Below are positions 1 through 8,318 of a stretch of DNA of 64,000 nucleotides, piece by piece (positions within the stretch are counted from its first letter, which is position 1; every line of letters starts with the position of its first letter). This DNA comes from Candidatus Omnitrophota bacterium (lineage in GTDB: Bacteria > Omnitrophota > Gorgyraeia > Zapsychrales > Fredricksoniimonadaceae): NCBI GenBank assembly GCA_028865345.1, contig JAGWKL010000008.1, positions 9,291-73,290 on the forward strand, given 5' to 3'. A model generated the notes under the pieces. That model was given only the letters and a program-made list of their open reading frames with translations, had not been told where the DNA came from and made no database searches. The position numbers were made by a program, and so were the translations under genes.

Positions 1-1
1 T

Positions 2-220
2 AAAGGGATCGAAAAATTAGAGACCCTGCTTAAAGAAAAAAATGATATTATGGCTGCTTTGCAGAGAGATTTAAAAATTTCTCAAATCCAGGTGCGCGAA
101 TCCGATAAGATCAAATCACTGCTTGAAGAAGAGATCCGCCGTTTGAGGGAGCAAAACCGTATGTTCAGGTCTGAATTAGGCCTGCCCGCAATCCAACCCC
201 AGGAAAACCCCTTAACATAA
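2..220 (+). CDS. 3' end of a coiled-coil protein (partial, runs off window start)
   Basis: Open frame from base 2, KGIEKLETLLKEKNDIMAALQRDLK...ENPLT, TAA at 218-220; heptad-like L/E/K pattern. Confidence 0.7.
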   Translation, partial: KGIEKLETLLKEKNDIMAALQRDLKISQIQVRESDKIKSLLEEEIRRLREQNRMFRSELGLPAIQPQENPLT

Positions 221-240
221 ATTGCAAGGAGGTGGATGTA

Positions 241-795
241 ATGCTGCAGGCCTGTCGTTTATTGCTTCTTGGTTTATGTTTTATCATACCCTTTTCGTCA
301 ACCCAAGCTATAGGAGCCGATGTGAATCCAACCATTGTTGTTTTGCAAACCAATCAAGGGGACATCGAATTGACCCTGTTCCCTGATAAAGCGCCCAAGG
401 CGGTCGAGAATTTTGTAGGCCTGGTCCAAAAAGGTTACTATAATGGCATCATCTTTCATCGCGTGATCAAGGGTTTTATGATCCAGGGCGGTGATCCCAC
501 AGGAACAGGCACCGGAGGTGCAAGTTTGTGGGGAGGGACCTTCGCGGATGAGATCAACCCTGACCTTGTATTCGACAAGGCGGGTATTCTGGCCATGGCT
601 AACCGGGGGCCGGATACCAACGGCAGCCAATTTTTTATCACCACCGCGCCCGCGCCGTGGTTGAACGGCCATTATACCATTTTCGGCCGGGTGAGCGCCG
701 GATACGATGTGGTTTCGAAGATTGAAAAAACCCCGACAGGCCCGGGCGACCGTCCCTTGCAGGACCAGACGATCATCAAAGCTTACGTAAAATAA
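241..795 (+). CDS. ppiA: Cyclophilin-type peptidyl-prolyl cis-trans isomerase, exported
   Basis: FHRVIKGFMIQGGDPTGTGTGG, LAMANRGPDTNGSQFFIT motifs; signal peptide; AGGAGG at 227-232 favours ATG 241. Confidence 0.93.
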   Translation: MLQACRLLLLGLCFIIPFSSTQAIGADVNPTIVVLQTNQGDIELTLFPDKAPKAVENFVGLVQKGYYNGIIFHRVIKGFMIQGGDPTGTGTGGASLWGGTFADEINPDLVFDKAGILAMANRGPDTNGSQFFITTAPAPWLNGHYTIFGRVSAGYDVVSKIEKTPTGPGDRPLQDQTIIKAYVK

Positions 796-1592
796 TGTCT
801 TCTGATATTCTTTACAAAGCTCTGGAAGCTTCGCAAAAGGGCAAAAATTATGCCTTTGCCACCATCACCGAGGCGACGCTCAAAGGCACCCCCCGCAAGA
901 CCGGCGCCAAGATGATCGTTTTTGAGGACGGCAGCACCTTCGGCACGATCGGCGGCGGGCGCAATGAGAAAGCGGCCATTGCCGAGTGCCTTAAAGCCAT
1001 CCAAAGCCAAAAGCCCGCGAACGTCACCTATAATTATTTCGGCCGCGAAGGGGAGTCTGTCTGCGGGGGCCAGATGAAGGTCTTTATTGAACCTTTTGCC
1101 CTCGATGAGCATTTGATCATCTGCGGCGCGGGGCATATTGCCTTGCCTTTGTCGGCCATGGCCAAGATCCTTGGCTTTAAGGTCACGGTCATCGATGACC
1201 GCAAAGCCTTTGCCAATAAGGACCGTTTCCCTCATGTGGACAGGATCATCGTCGGCCGTCATGCCGGTGAATTGGCCAGGGTGAAGCTCGGGTCCAATGA
1301 CTATGTGGTCATTGTCACCCAGGGCAACGAATATGATTTTGAGTGTCTTAAAGCGGTGATCAAATCCTCCGCCGCCTATATCGGCGTCATTTCCAGCAGG
1401 CCCAAGAAGGCCAAATTTTTCGGGCGGCTCAAAGAGACGGGTATTGAAGAAAAATATTTAAAACGGGTGCGCATCCCCATGGGCTTGGATATCGGGGCCC
1501 AGACCCCGGAAGAAATTGCGGTATCCGTCGCGGCCGAGATGATCGCGGTCAAAAACGGGGATCACATCGGCACGGACAAGTTCAAGAAATAA
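795..1592 (+). CDS. xdhC: XdhC/CoxI family molybdoenzyme accessory protein
   Basis: GTPRKTGAKM, GTIGGG, VCGG, GAGHIA, YIGVISSR, PMGLDIGAQTPEEIAVS motifs. Confidence 0.9.
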   Translation: MSSDILYKALEASQKGKNYAFATITEATLKGTPRKTGAKMIVFEDGSTFGTIGGGRNEKAAIAECLKAIQSQKPANVTYNYFGREGESVCGGQMKVFIEPFALDEHLIICGAGHIALPLSAMAKILGFKVTVIDDRKAFANKDRFPHVDRIIVGRHAGELARVKLGSNDYVVIVTQGNEYDFECLKAVIKSSAAYIGVISSRPKKAKFFGRLKETGIEEKYLKRVRIPMGLDIGAQTPEEIAVSVAAEMIAVKNGDHIGTDKFKK

Positions 1593-1613
1593 GAAATTAT
1601 TGGAGAACACATT

Positions 1614-2024
1614 ATGACTAAAGAAGAGGCCATTGACATCATACGTGATGCCGGTTTCGGTTTTTTGGCGACGGTTGAGGCCGGGAAACCGCGTGTGCGC
1701 CCCATGATGCCGTACTTAAGCGAGGAAGGGGAGTTATTGCTGGCCCTTTTAGGCCGTTCAAGGACGATCGCCCATATTAAAGCCAATCCCAACGTGGAGG
1801 TCTGTTTTGTGGACCGTAAAATGTGGTATGCCAGGGTCAGCGGGACCGCGGCGCTGAGCACGGACATCGTCAAGAAACAGCTGGTATTCGAGAACGTCCC
1901 GATGCTGCGCCAATATTTCGCCGGTGCCGAAGACCCTAATTATCATTTGGCGGTCATTAAAATCACCTCCGTGGAAGCCATGACTCCCCACAGCAGGCTT
2001 CCGGAACAAATCGGTTTGGTCTGA
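1614..2024 (+). CDS. Pyridoxamine 5'-phosphate oxidase-like (FMN split-barrel) protein
   Basis: FLATVEAGKPRVRPM and IKANPNVEVCF motifs, 136 aa. Confidence 0.8.
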   Translation: MTKEEAIDIIRDAGFGFLATVEAGKPRVRPMMPYLSEEGELLLALLGRSRTIAHIKANPNVEVCFVDRKMWYARVSGTAALSTDIVKKQLVFENVPMLRQYFAGAEDPNYHLAVIKITSVEAMTPHSRLPEQIGLV

Positions 2025-2028
2025 CACA

Positions 2029-2382
2029 ATGGTTGATAATCAGCGCCGGTATAGAAGGATTGAAAAGCCCATCCACATATTATTTTGTGCCGTGGGCGCG
2101 GCGTCTCAAAGATGGGACATGTCCATTATCCAAAACATCAGCTCCGGCGGGATCAAATTCCCCACCTCGAACGGCGCGGATTTAAATAATAAGACCCTCC
2201 TGGTAAAGATCAATTTTCAGGAATTATTGCCCCGCCGCCTGGAGCTTAAGGCAAAGGTGCTCAGCTCCAAATTGCGCCCCAACACCAAAATCTTCGATGT
2301 CAGGGCCCAGTTTATCGATGTCTCCGAAGAGCAAAGGAATGATTTGTTTTTAATGGAACAGATTATCGACCAGAAGAAGTGA
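2029..2382 (+). CDS. PilZ domain protein (c-di-GMP binding)
   Basis: RRYRR (RxxxR) followed by NISSGG (D/NxSxxG). Confidence 0.8.
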   Translation: MVDNQRRYRRIEKPIHILFCAVGAASQRWDMSIIQNISSGGIKFPTSNGADLNNKTLLVKINFQELLPRRLELKAKVLSSKLRPNTKIFDVRAQFIDVSEEQRNDLFLMEQIIDQKK

Positions 2383-2394
2383 CCGAGTCCCTTT

Positions 2395-3777
2395 TTAATG
2401 CTGGCTGCTTTTGAATTCCGCAACCAAAGCCTGGATGGTTTGTTTGGCGTCACCGAAGATCATGCGGGTGTTCTCGTAATAGAACAACTCATTTTCAATA
2501 CCGGCAAATCCTGTTGCCATTGAGCGTTTGAGAACAAAGACGGTCTTGGCTTTGTCTGCGTTGATGATGGGCATTCCGTAGATCGGGCTTGATTTATCAT
2601 GGCGTGAGGCGGGATTGACCACGTCATTGGCGCCGATGATGATGGCCACATCCACGGTGTCCATCAGGGGATTGATGGCGTCCATTTCCAACAATTGATC
2701 GTAAGGGATATTGGCTTCCGCCAAAAGGACATTCATGTGTCCGGGCATGCGGCCTGCCACGGGATGGATGGCATATTTGACATCGCAGCCGTTTTTCTCC
2801 AGGAATTCGCTGAGTTCCCGCACCGCGTGCTGGGCCTGGGCCACGGCCATGCCGTAACCGGGGATGAACACGACCGATTTGGCGTTTTCAATGATTAAAA
2901 AGGCGTCTTCGACGGACATCGCCTTGGCTTCCTTTTTCTCGTCACCGCCTGCCTTTTTGACCACGCTTCCGAAAGCTCCGAAGATGACATTGCCGATCGA
3001 ACGGTTCATGGCCTTGCACATGATGATGCTTAAGATCATCCCGTTGGCGCCAACCAAAGAACCCACAACGATCAAAAGGGTGTTGTGGATGACAAAGCCC
3101 GTGGTGCAGGCCACGATCCCCGAATAACTGTTCAACACGGAGATCACCACCGGCATGTCCGCGCCGCCGATGGGGATGACGATAAAGACACCGAAGACAA
3201 GGGACAGTCCCAGGATCATCAAAAACAGGTCATATCTGGCCGGGTGCATGATGAACAAAACGCCCAAGATAACGATCGAGGCGATGAGGGCCGTGTTGAG
3301 CCATTTTTGGCCGGTGAACACAATGGGCTTGCCCGGGATGTTTTCGCTTAATTTTCCCCAGGCGATCCCGCTTCCGGTGACGGTCAGGCCGCCGATGACA
3401 ATGGACAAATAAAGGGTGATGGCGTTGGTCAGATCCGTTGTGCCGTGCACCTGATAGGCGGTCCAATCAACGAATACGCTTGCCATGGCGCCGCAACCGT
3501 GCAGTAAGGCGATCATTTCCGGCATCTGGGTCATGGCGGCTTTGAAAGCGACCAGGGCGCCCAAGGACCCGCCGATGATAATGCCTATGGCGATCCACTG
3601 AAAGCTGATGATGTGGCCGTTGAATAAGGTGGCCAAAACCGCCAGGAGCATCCCTATGGAAGACAGGATATTACCCCGCCTGGCGGTGACAGGGGACCCC
3701 AAAAATTTCAAGCCGAAAGCAAACAGAACGGAACTGATGATATAAACGAAATTGGTGGCAAATGCGGTGTTCATCAT
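2395..3777 (-). CDS. pntB: NAD(P) transhydrogenase beta subunit
   Basis: Multi-TM; IGGADMPVVISVLNSYSG, PGYGMAVAQAQH, HPVAGRMPGHMNVLLAEA. Confidence 0.97.
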   Translation of the reverse strand: MMNTAFATNFVYIISSVLFAFGLKFLGSPVTARRGNILSSIGMLLAVLATLFNGHIISFQWIAIGIIIGGSLGALVAFKAAMTQMPEMIALLHGCGAMASVFVDWTAYQVHGTTDLTNAITLYLSIVIGGLTVTGSGIAWGKLSENIPGKPIVFTGQKWLNTALIASIVILGVLFIMHPARYDLFLMILGLSLVFGVFIVIPIGGADMPVVISVLNSYSGIVACTTGFVIHNTLLIVVGSLVGANGMILSIIMCKAMNRSIGNVIFGAFGSVVKKAGGDEKKEAKAMSVEDAFLIIENAKSVVFIPGYGMAVAQAQHAVRELSEFLEKNGCDVKYAIHPVAGRMPGHMNVLLAEANIPYDQLLEMDAINPLMDTVDVAIIIGANDVVNPASRHDKSSPIYGMPIINADKAKTVFVLKRSMATGFAGIENELFYYENTRMIFGDAKQTIQALVAEFKSSQH

Positions 3778-4058
3778 TATCCTTTTTTCTTAAACATTTT
3801 AAGCATGCGTTCAGTGACCAGGTATCCGCCTATGACGTTAAAGGTGGCCAAAGCCACAGCCCCCGTACCCAGGAATATCGTCAAGGGGCTGTTGGCGTCT
3901 GTTCCCGCGGCGGCCAAAGCGCCGACGATAATAATGCCGCAGATGGCGTTGGCTTCCGACATCAGGGGGGTGTGCAATAACGGAGGTACGCGGGTGATGA
4001 GCGCGAAACCCAGGAATATGGAAAGTGCCAGGATAAACAGTTGAGAAATAAGGTCCAT
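3777..4058 (-). CDS. pntAB: NAD(P) transhydrogenase alpha-2 (membrane) subunit
   Basis: VPPLLHTPLMS, NVIGGYLVTERMLKMF; lies between pntAA and pntB. Confidence 0.95.
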   Translation of the reverse strand: MDLISQLFILALSIFLGFALITRVPPLLHTPLMSEANAICGIIIVGALAAAGTDANSPLTIFLGTGAVALATFNVIGGYLVTERMLKMFKKKG

Positions 4059-4107
4059 AAGAATCTCCCTATTTTATGTTCTTGACCAAAAGGCCCTATT
4101 GCTTCGG

Positions 4108-5241
4108 CTACGATAGCTTTTTGACGGTTTCATTGACGATTTGCCCCTGATGGGTGATCAAAGCGCCTTTGATAATTTCATCTTCGACGTTAAGTTTAAA
4201 CGCCTTGCTGTCCTTGTCCCAGTATTCTTCCAGCAGATTATGCAAATTCGCCGAATACATCTGGCTCGCGTGCACCGCGACCCGTGCGGGAAGATTGCCC
4301 ATGCCTAAAATGCGCACGCCGTTGCCCGACACCGTTTCTTCGTTAAGTTTGGAGCCTTCTACATTCCCGCCCGACTCAACGGCCATGTCGACAACGATGG
4401 CGCCTGGCTTCATTTGGGCAATGATGTCCTTGTTCAGGACCACCGGGGCCCGCCGTCCGAAGAGCTGGGCCGTGGTGATGACAACGTCCGACTGGGCGCA
4501 AACCTTGGCCATGCCCTGGCGCTGTTTTTCCAGTTGTTCGGGAGTCAGCGCCTTGGCATAACCCTGGGCTGTCTGGCCCGTTTCCCCTAAATCGATTTCT
4601 ATAAATTTGGCGCCCAGGGATTGCACCTGTTCCTTGACCACGGGACGGGTATCAAAGGCCTCGACGCGGGCGCCTAAACGTTTGGCGGTGGCAATGGCTT
4701 GCAGGCCCGCCACCCCGGCGCCGATGATGAAAACGCGGGCAGGGGCAATGGTGCCTGCCGGCGTCATGAGCATGGGGAATATTTTAGGAAGGCGTTCAGC
4801 CGCTAAAATAACGGTCACATACCCGGCCAGGTTCGCCTGTGAACTCAATGCATCCATTTTCTGGGCCTTTGTCGTGCGGGGGATCATCTCCATGCTGAAG
4901 GCGCTGATCTGGTTTTGGGCCAGGGCCTGCACCAGATTCTTTTCATTGAACGGGTCAAGGAAACTGATATGGATGGAGCCCTTTTTCAAAAGGCCGGTCT
5001 CTTCTACGGGCGGTTTACGCAGGCGAAGGACAATATCGGCGCAGGACAGCAGGCCAGAGCGGTTGTTTTCAACCGAGGCTCCGGCCTTCTTATATTCTTC
5101 ATCGCTGATGCCGATAGAAGCCCCCAAGCCGGATTCAACGGTGATTTGGGCCCCTTTTTTGACCAGCCGGTCCACGGAAGAAGGGATGAAAGAAACCCTG
5201 GATTCTCCGGGATGCGTTTCTTTGGGAATTCCTATGATCAT
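4108..5241 (-). CDS. pntAA: NAD(P) transhydrogenase alpha-1 (soluble NAD-binding) subunit
   Basis: IGIPKE, MDALSSQANLAGY, GAGVAGLQAIATAKRLGA, DMAVESGGN. Confidence 0.97.
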   Translation of the reverse strand: MIIGIPKETHPGESRVSFIPSSVDRLVKKGAQITVESGLGASIGISDEEYKKAGASVENNRSGLLSCADIVLRLRKPPVEETGLLKKGSIHISFLDPFNEKNLVQALAQNQISAFSMEMIPRTTKAQKMDALSSQANLAGYVTVILAAERLPKIFPMLMTPAGTIAPARVFIIGAGVAGLQAIATAKRLGARVEAFDTRPVVKEQVQSLGAKFIEIDLGETGQTAQGYAKALTPEQLEKQRQGMAKVCAQSDVVITTAQLFGRRAPVVLNKDIIAQMKPGAIVVDMAVESGGNVEGSKLNEETVSGNGVRILGMGNLPARVAVHASQMYSANLHNLLEEYWDKDSKAFKLNVEDEIIKGALITHQGQIVNETVKKLS

Positions 5242-5282
5242 GACCGCTCCTGTTATATTGACTTTGAAATAATAATGCCGTC

Positions 5283-5311
5283 ATTTTGAACTAAAGGACC
5301 TTATAAGTCAA
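5283..5311 (-). promoter_or_regulatory. Putative sigma70 promoter of pnt operon
   Basis: Minus strand TTGACT-17 nt-CAAAAT about 40 nt upstream of the pntAA start. Confidence 0.45.
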
Positions 5312-5441
5312 GTTCATTCATGGAAAAAGAGACAGGAGCTTTTTGGCGGGCCCCTTTTTCATGTATTTTTCTTGTTTTATCCGGGTGATTCGGATAGAAT
5401 CTACATCTATTCCTTAAAATTCTACCTTGAGGTCAAAAAGC

Positions 5442-6071
5442 ATGTTTCAAAATAAAAATATCTTTGAGATCATATCAGCCGGCGGGGCCACCATCTATCT
5501 TCTTATTTTTTGCTCCATTATTTCCATTGCGGTCATCATTGAGCGTATTGTTTATTATAAGCGCCGTTCGCAATATTCCCGGGTCGATATTTTCAACCAG
5601 GTGCGCAAAGAAGTGACCGGCAACCGCGTCCTTAATGCCATAGGGCTTTGCAAAAACATCGATACGCCGGTGGCAAAGGTGGCCCTGGCAGGACTTAACC
5701 TGCACGGGCATGACGAAAAGCTCATTGCCAATGCCATGGAACGCGAGATCACCGTTGAGACGATCAAATTGGAGCGTTTTACAGGCATCATAGGCAGCAT
5801 CGGCGGCACTGCGGTGTATATAGGGCTCTTGGGCACCGTCCTGGGGATCATGCGCGCTTTCAATAATATAGGGAAAGCGGGAAGCGGCGGCATGAATGTG
5901 GTGACGGTCGGCATCGCGGAAGCCCTGATATGCACGGCTGCGGGCTTGCTTGTGGCCATACCGGCGGTGCTTTGTTATAATTGGTTTACCCGTAAAATCG
6001 ATAATTTTGTGGTTGATATGGAATTGGCCGCGTCCGAGCTGGTTGATCTATTGTGTTCCAAAAAGAAATGA
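5442..6071 (+). CDS. exbB: MotA/TolQ/ExbB proton channel family protein
   Basis: IGLLGTVLGIMRAF, GIAEALICTAAGLLVAIPA. Confidence 0.9.
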   Translation: MFQNKNIFEIISAGGATIYLLIFCSIISIAVIIERIVYYKRRSQYSRVDIFNQVRKEVTGNRVLNAIGLCKNIDTPVAKVALAGLNLHGHDEKLIANAMEREITVETIKLERFTGIIGSIGGTAVYIGLLGTVLGIMRAFNNIGKAGSGGMNVVTVGIAEALICTAAGLLVAIPAVLCYNWFTRKIDNFVVDMELAASELVDLLCSKKK

Positions 6072-6490
6072 GAAGACGGCAAAGAAATTCCCAACTGATT
6101 GCGGACATCAACATCACCCCTTTCACCGATGTTATCCTGGTCTTATTGATCATTTTTATGATCACAACCCCTTTTATTTACCGTTCCAGCATCAAGATCG
6201 CCTTGCCGAAGGTCTCCGGCAACCAGCGGCCTTTGATGAGGACAAAGGACATCGATGTCAGCATCACTTCCGCCGGGGAGGTTTATTTAAACAATGAAAG
6301 ATACAACCTGAAGCTGGACCTGGATCTTTTCAAATTCAAATTGAGGCAGCTCATGAAAAGGTATAATAACCCTGCCCTTATTATTGATGGGGACCGTAAT
6401 GTGAAATATGATTATGTGGTGCAGGTCATTGATGCCGCTTCCAAGGTGGGGATCCAGCATCTCGTTTTAGCGACTCAGATCAAAAGATAG
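6068..6490 (+). CDS. exbD: ExbD/TolR biopolymer transport protein
   Basis: INITPFTDVILVLLIIFMIT, IDGDRNVKY; ATGA overlap with exbB stop. Confidence 0.9.
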   Translation: MRRRQRNSQLIADINITPFTDVILVLLIIFMITTPFIYRSSIKIALPKVSGNQRPLMRTKDIDVSITSAGEVYLNNERYNLKLDLDLFKFKLRQLMKRYNNPALIIDGDRNVKYDYVVQVIDAASKVGIQHLVLATQIKR

Positions 6491-6516
6491 GTTTATTTAA
6501 CGAAAGAGGATAGGAC

Positions 6517-7917
6517 ATGCCAGTTTTAGGAACACAGGAACGCCCTTTAAGGGTGGCTATTGTAGGCAGCGGTCCCAGCGGTTTTTATACGGCTGATGCC
6601 ATTTTAAGGCAGAACATAATAACAAAGGTGGATTTATTCGATAAACTGCCAGTACCCTTTGGTTTGGTGCGTCACGGGGTCGCTCCGGACCATCAAAAGA
6701 TCAAAAATGTCATCAAAATTTTTGAAAAAATCGCGGTTAACCCTCAATTTTCCTATTTTGGTAATGTTACGGTGGGCAAAAACATCGGTGTTTTTGAGTT
6801 GAACAAGTATTATGACGCGGTAGTTTTTGCTTACGGTGCGGAAACCGACCGGCATTTAGGGGTGCGCGGGGAAGATTTGGCCGGCAGTTGTACGGCCACG
6901 GAATTTGTGGGCTGGTATAACGGGCACCCGGACTTCCAGGACCGCCATTTCGACCTTTCCGGCGAAGTTGCCGTTATTGTGGGCAACGGTAACGTGGCCA
7001 TGGATGTGGCCCGGATCCTTTGTAAAACCCCGGAAGAGTTGAAGAATACGGACATCACTCAAAATGCCCTGGATGTTTTGGCGGAAAGCAAGATCAAGGA
7101 AGTGCATCTTTTTGGCCGCAGGGGGCCTGTCCAGGCTTCTTTTACATCACCGGAGCTTAGGGAAATGGGAGAATTGAGTTCTTGCTATCCTGTTGTTGAT
7201 CCAAAGGATTTACAGCTCAATGAATCCAGCCTTAAAGAGCTTCAAGACACTGCCAATGCCTGGCATAAAAAGAACTACGAGATCATGAAAAGCTATTTGT
7301 CCATCGATCCGCAGGGCCGCAAGCGTAAATTTGTCATGCATTTTTTCCGCAGTCCTGTTGAAATTATGGGAAAAGGGCGGGTGCAGAAGGCCAGGTTTGA
7401 GATCAACGCCCTGACAGGCGATCCCAATAAGCAAAAGGTCAGGGGAACAGGTAAATTTGAAGAGATCGACTGCGGCATATTCTTTCGCAGTGTCGGATAT
7501 TCAGGCACCCGCATCCAGGGTCTCCCGTTTTCCACTGAAGCAGGTATTGTTCCCAACCAGTTAGGCCGGGTCGTCGATTCCGAGCAGATTTTTACCGGTT
7601 GGTACGTGGCCGGCTGGATCAAAAGAGGCGCTGTAGGCATTATCGGGTCCAATAAACCTGATGCCGAAGAGACGGTCAGGTCCCTTATGGAGGACATAGG
7701 GCATTTAAACCCCTGTGAGATCCCCAGCAGCGAAGAATTGCTCAAACTTTTAAGATCCAGGGAAGCCATGGTCGTCACCTTTGACGATTGGAAGAAGATC
7801 GATGCCGCAGAGATCCAGCGGGGGGTCCAGTTGGGCAAACCCAGGGAAAAATTCGCCCGCATCACGGGGATGCTATCCGCTATTTTCAACAGAATACATC
7901 CGGAAAAAAAGTATTAG
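6517..7917 (+). CDS. Ferredoxin/adrenodoxin-NADP+ reductase (FprA-like)
   Basis: GSGPSGFY, PFGLVRHGVAPDH, GNGNVAMDVAR, GRRGP, GWIKRG, GKPREK. Confidence 0.92.
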   Translation: MPVLGTQERPLRVAIVGSGPSGFYTADAILRQNIITKVDLFDKLPVPFGLVRHGVAPDHQKIKNVIKIFEKIAVNPQFSYFGNVTVGKNIGVFELNKYYDAVVFAYGAETDRHLGVRGEDLAGSCTATEFVGWYNGHPDFQDRHFDLSGEVAVIVGNGNVAMDVARILCKTPEELKNTDITQNALDVLAESKIKEVHLFGRRGPVQASFTSPELREMGELSSCYPVVDPKDLQLNESSLKELQDTANAWHKKNYEIMKSYLSIDPQGRKRKFVMHFFRSPVEIMGKGRVQKARFEINALTGDPNKQKVRGTGKFEEIDCGIFFRSVGYSGTRIQGLPFSTEAGIVPNQLGRVVDSEQIFTGWYVAGWIKRGAVGIIGSNKPDAEETVRSLMEDIGHLNPCEIPSSEELLKLLRSREAMVVTFDDWKKIDAAEIQRGVQLGKPREKFARITGMLSAIFNRIHPEKKY

Positions 7918-7943
7918 ACTTTCCTTATGAAATAGGGTATATT
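7915..7943 (+). promoter_or_regulatory. Putative sigma70 promoter for the small ORF at 8012
   Basis: TAGACT-17 nt-TATATT. Confidence 0.5.
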
Positions 7944-8011
7944 AGGAATCACTAATCTACCCCAAGATAAGGGGAAAAATTCCCCATGGGGGTTTTAAGG
8001 AGGTAATTCCT

Positions 8012-8104
8012 ATGATTGGACCGCATAGCCAAGAGTCGAATCAAAAGGCCCAACAGGAAGAGGAAGCAACATTTGCCTGGGATGAGGCTAATGTCTTGAT
8101 CTGA
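8012..8104 (+). CDS. Putative 30-aa acidic small protein MIGPHSQESNQKAQQEEEATFAWDEANVLI
   Basis: Perfect SD TAAGGAGGT at 7996-8004, 7 nt before ATG; own promoter and terminator; below the ORF track cutoff. Confidence 0.6.
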   Translation: MIGPHSQESNQKAQQEEEATFAWDEANVLI

Positions 8105-8129
8105 AAATTCCATAAGTTTGGGTAATTTT

Positions 8130-8166
8130 AAACCCTTCGCCGAAGTTTTGGTGAAGGGTTTTTTAA
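8130..8166 (+). terminator. Rho-independent terminator
   Basis: AAACCCTTCGCC...GGTGAAGGGTTT 12-bp stem (one G-U) followed by a T run. Confidence 0.8.
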
Positions 8167-8221
8167 TTTATTTGTAAGTCCATATTTTATATATAGTTGT
8201 AATGTATTGTGGTTTTGCCCC

Positions 8222-8250
8222 TTGTATCTTGTCATGAGACGTGTTATCTT
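8222..8250 (+). promoter_or_regulatory. Putative promoter of large modular protein 1
   Basis: TTGTAT-17 nt-TATCTT with extended -10 TG; overlaps the GTG at 8241, so the true start is probably ATG 8319. Confidence 0.45.
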
Positions 8251-8318
8251 TTCTTTATTCAGGTAAGCGTTTTCTTTGGCCGGATCAGCCGGCACTCACA
8301 GTTGTTCCTCCGGGCGCT

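Noticed and set aside
8078-8101. WDEANVL resemblance to the eukaryotic PP1 inhibitor-2 WDExN motif
   Set aside because: A match of a few residues in a 30-aa peptide is not distinguishable from chance.
8241-8318. GTG start at 8241 given by the ORF track
   Set aside because: It overlaps a plausible -10 box and pushes the signal peptide 26 aa inward; ATG 8319 gives a normal signal peptide.
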